Of a stretch of 64,000 nucleotides of DNA, positions 61,404 through 64,000 are shown piece after piece (position 1 is the stretch's first letter; the number at the start of each line of letters is the position of its first letter). The notes under the pieces were generated by a model. That model was not told the DNA's origin. It made no database searches and was given only the letters and a program-made list of their open reading frames with translations. Both the position numbers and the translations under genes were made by a program. Source of the DNA: Hydrolagus affinis. Lineage: Eukaryota. The DNA is taken from contig JAAILG010000182.1 of the NCBI GenBank assembly GCA_012026655.1, positions 1 to 64,000 of the forward strand, written 5' to 3'.

Positions 61404-64000
61404 TATGGATGCAGTGGAGCAGATCAAGCTAATGACGCTGGCTGCGTAGAACTACCAAGCCCCGATTAAAGACAAGTATCATTTGCCAAGGAGATTGAAA
61501 TACTCTCTTCTGCAAACCTTGTTTCAGACCAGGAAAACATGGCAAATGTTTGGTCCAGACATGATCACTGCTGTTTATTCAGCTGTAAATTAAATTGCAT
61601 CATCTTTTTCTCTTCAAGCTGATAGTCGGCTGATATTCACCTCCCCACTTGACAGCTAATATCCTGATCCCATAGTCTACGATGATGCTCCCGTACAGTA
61701 GTGGGGAAAGATAATGCAGTGTTAAAGGTGTCATCCAGTGGATGTACCTCTGAACTGAGGTGGCTGTTAAAAAATCTTGTGACACTATCTGAATATGGAA
61801 AATAATTAGTTTCTCACAATAGTCTGACCAAAATAAATTAGTCATTGGGTTGACGGTAGTTTGTCGGATGTTATTTATGGAATTAAATACACTGATTCAG
61901 AATTTCTGGTGTAATTAAATTAATATCAAGGGGTGTGGTGGATGTACAATTCATTGCTAGGATTAGTTTGCATTGAACAGGTATCACTTACAATAAATTC
62001 TCTGTCAACAGTAAAACTCCTCATTGCTGTAATGGAGTCTCAGACTAGATTATAAACTCAAACCCATAACTTTTTGCCATTGTGTGAACTAGCCAAACTG
62101 ACCTACCAACAGCCATCAGCAAATGCTATTATTGTTCTACTTGGTTCTTCTTTGATCTTAAAGGGCAATCGATGAGACTGAGTATTGAACTCTGTTGCAT
62201 GGTCTTAATTTAACCATTCAGAACTCATCACCTAAATGGAGGTATCCCAGAACACCAAAGTTTGAGGCTTATTTTTAAACCTCACACACACCATTATGCT
62301 CTCATTGAAAACTAATAGTGTTTGAATATTAATGTGACTCATTTCATTCTGTTGATTCCGTTTCCAAACCCAGATTTAAAAACTCTTGTGTCCTACACAA
62401 TAAGAGTTTGCACAATGCCCCTATAACAAAGCTGTTTGCAGTATTAACTAGTGATTTATCTTTCCTGAAAGGTTCCAAAGCATTTCACAACTACCTGCAT
62501 TTCACAACGACACAAGATGGTGTTTTAATGGGTAGTTTGGTTTGACAAGTGCCTCAGAATATTACTGCTCTTTGAAGGAGGTGTGGGATTTGACACTTAG
62601 TGAGACATGTAATTCTTTGCTCAGAAGTTTGAGATGTATTCATTACTTGTAAAGCTGCTTTCAGTCAGAGATATTACATTCTGGTTGTTGACTAAGTTGC
62701 ACTATCAATTCCGGTAACTACTAAAACCACCAATAGTTACTATGGTCACCTTCCCCTTATCCCTGCCTTGGCATCAAACTACGCCATTGTTAAGCACTCA
62801 GACATGCTATATAAATGCAAGTTGTTGATGTTGGTTCAAGTGGACAGACTTGTCAGTCTTGGAATCTCTTCATTGGGGAAAGTGGGTATAAGCATACTGG
62901 GTCTGAGCTATAATCTGGATCTGGTCCAAGATTAAGATTCTCCATCTGTTTATCTTGTATCGAGCAAAGTATTGTTAAATGATGGATTGTGTGCACTTGC
63001 AAAGAAAGACAAATGAGTTCCCTTCAGTATAATTTTTTTTGCTTCTGGTGAGAGCCAAAAGGTTAATGAGTTGAAATGACTAGTATATATTTTTTGTGTG
63101 GGCACAAGTGATAGTGCTCAGAGGCGCGCTAATTACTCTAGGAAAACAAATGAACTGCTTTGAGCTCATTAGATCTGTTTAGTTCAGGTCTGCAAACTGT
63201 GCAGGAGAGAGGAGATAAACAAACGACCATGAGTGCTGGTGACAATTTGTCAGCTGTGTATCCGAACATCTGTCTTGCCTTTGATGCCAGTGAAAGAAAG
63301 CAACGTCTCCGCCTCCCTCTCCCATCTCGAAGTGTCTCTTTGAGCTTAGACACTGCAGTTAGTTTCGACCCCAACATGAGATTGTCTGTAGGTTTCCATG
63401 GAGACGTACCATTGTCCAGTGATGATGCGGGGCTTGGTGAGATAAAGAGAGGCAGTAAGGCGGAGGGGGATTCATAACCTTCTCAATGAGCTGCTTTCAT
63501 CTTGGCATCTTTGTTGCCTTTTCTGCTTCTAATCCTTGTTGCGAATTTGTGATTAATATTGGAGCCCTTTTTATCATTTGGGGGCTGGGAGAGGGGTATG
63601 GGGTGGGGGGGGTGGGGGTGGAGGGGTAAATCAATAAGTGTGCTTTTGTCAAAATGCCATTGAACTAGAAAACAATTCAATAAGTGTCCAAATGAGTCCT
63701 TTGCCGGAGAATTTCCTGAAGCCACTGAACTTCTTGGAAGCATCCCGTTTTCTTTTGAAGTGCCTGGTTACCACAACGCACTTGCGTGTGAAAAGCAACC
63801 AGTCTTATCTCTCTTTTTAAAAAAAAAGTTTTCCAAGTGAACCAAACTATGGTGAGAATCCAGTTGGCTGAACCACCCTCGTTGCCGGGCCTGTTGGGAG
63901 GCACATCAGCAGCCGAGAGGATTTAAGGATTGATTACAGCCTTCTCCATTACAAAGTGCAGCCGTCCAGTTTGGCTGTGAAATCGTCCCCGTGCTCGATG

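Noticed and set aside
1-64000. CRISPR arrays, operons or other prokaryotic systems
   Set aside because: The recurring 30-40-nt motifs are irregularly spaced SINE/LINE tails in both orientations, not repeat-spacer arrays, and the DNA is vertebrate.

Overview
This is vertebrate (eukaryotic) genomic DNA that is mostly intronic or intergenic and dense in retroposons. The repeat spectrum (Deu-domain tRNA-SINEs, SacSINE1/AmnSINE1-like copies, L2 and CR1 LINE remnants) suggests a cartilaginous fish; this is an inference. The one clear protein-coding gene is an intact APOBEC4 CDS contained in a single exon on the minus strand (4337->3279, 352 aa, H-x-E ... PC-x6-C). In mammals APOBEC4 neighbours RGL1. 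On the plus strand I find one probable RGL1-type first coding exon (36175-36369) and several weaker ATG-to-phase-0-donor mini-exons, which together may be an array of alternative first exons. No shared RGL1 exons (REM/RasGEF domains) are visible in the window. Other content: the 3' end of a mariner transposon with an open transposase frame, hAT and pogo/Tigger-like MITEs, an unclassified dispersed repeat, perfect hairpins, microsatellites and a 172-nt assembly gap. I found no rRNA, no true tRNA genes and no CRISPR arrays. Family names come from recalled consensus motifs, not database searches, and repeat boundaries are approximate.
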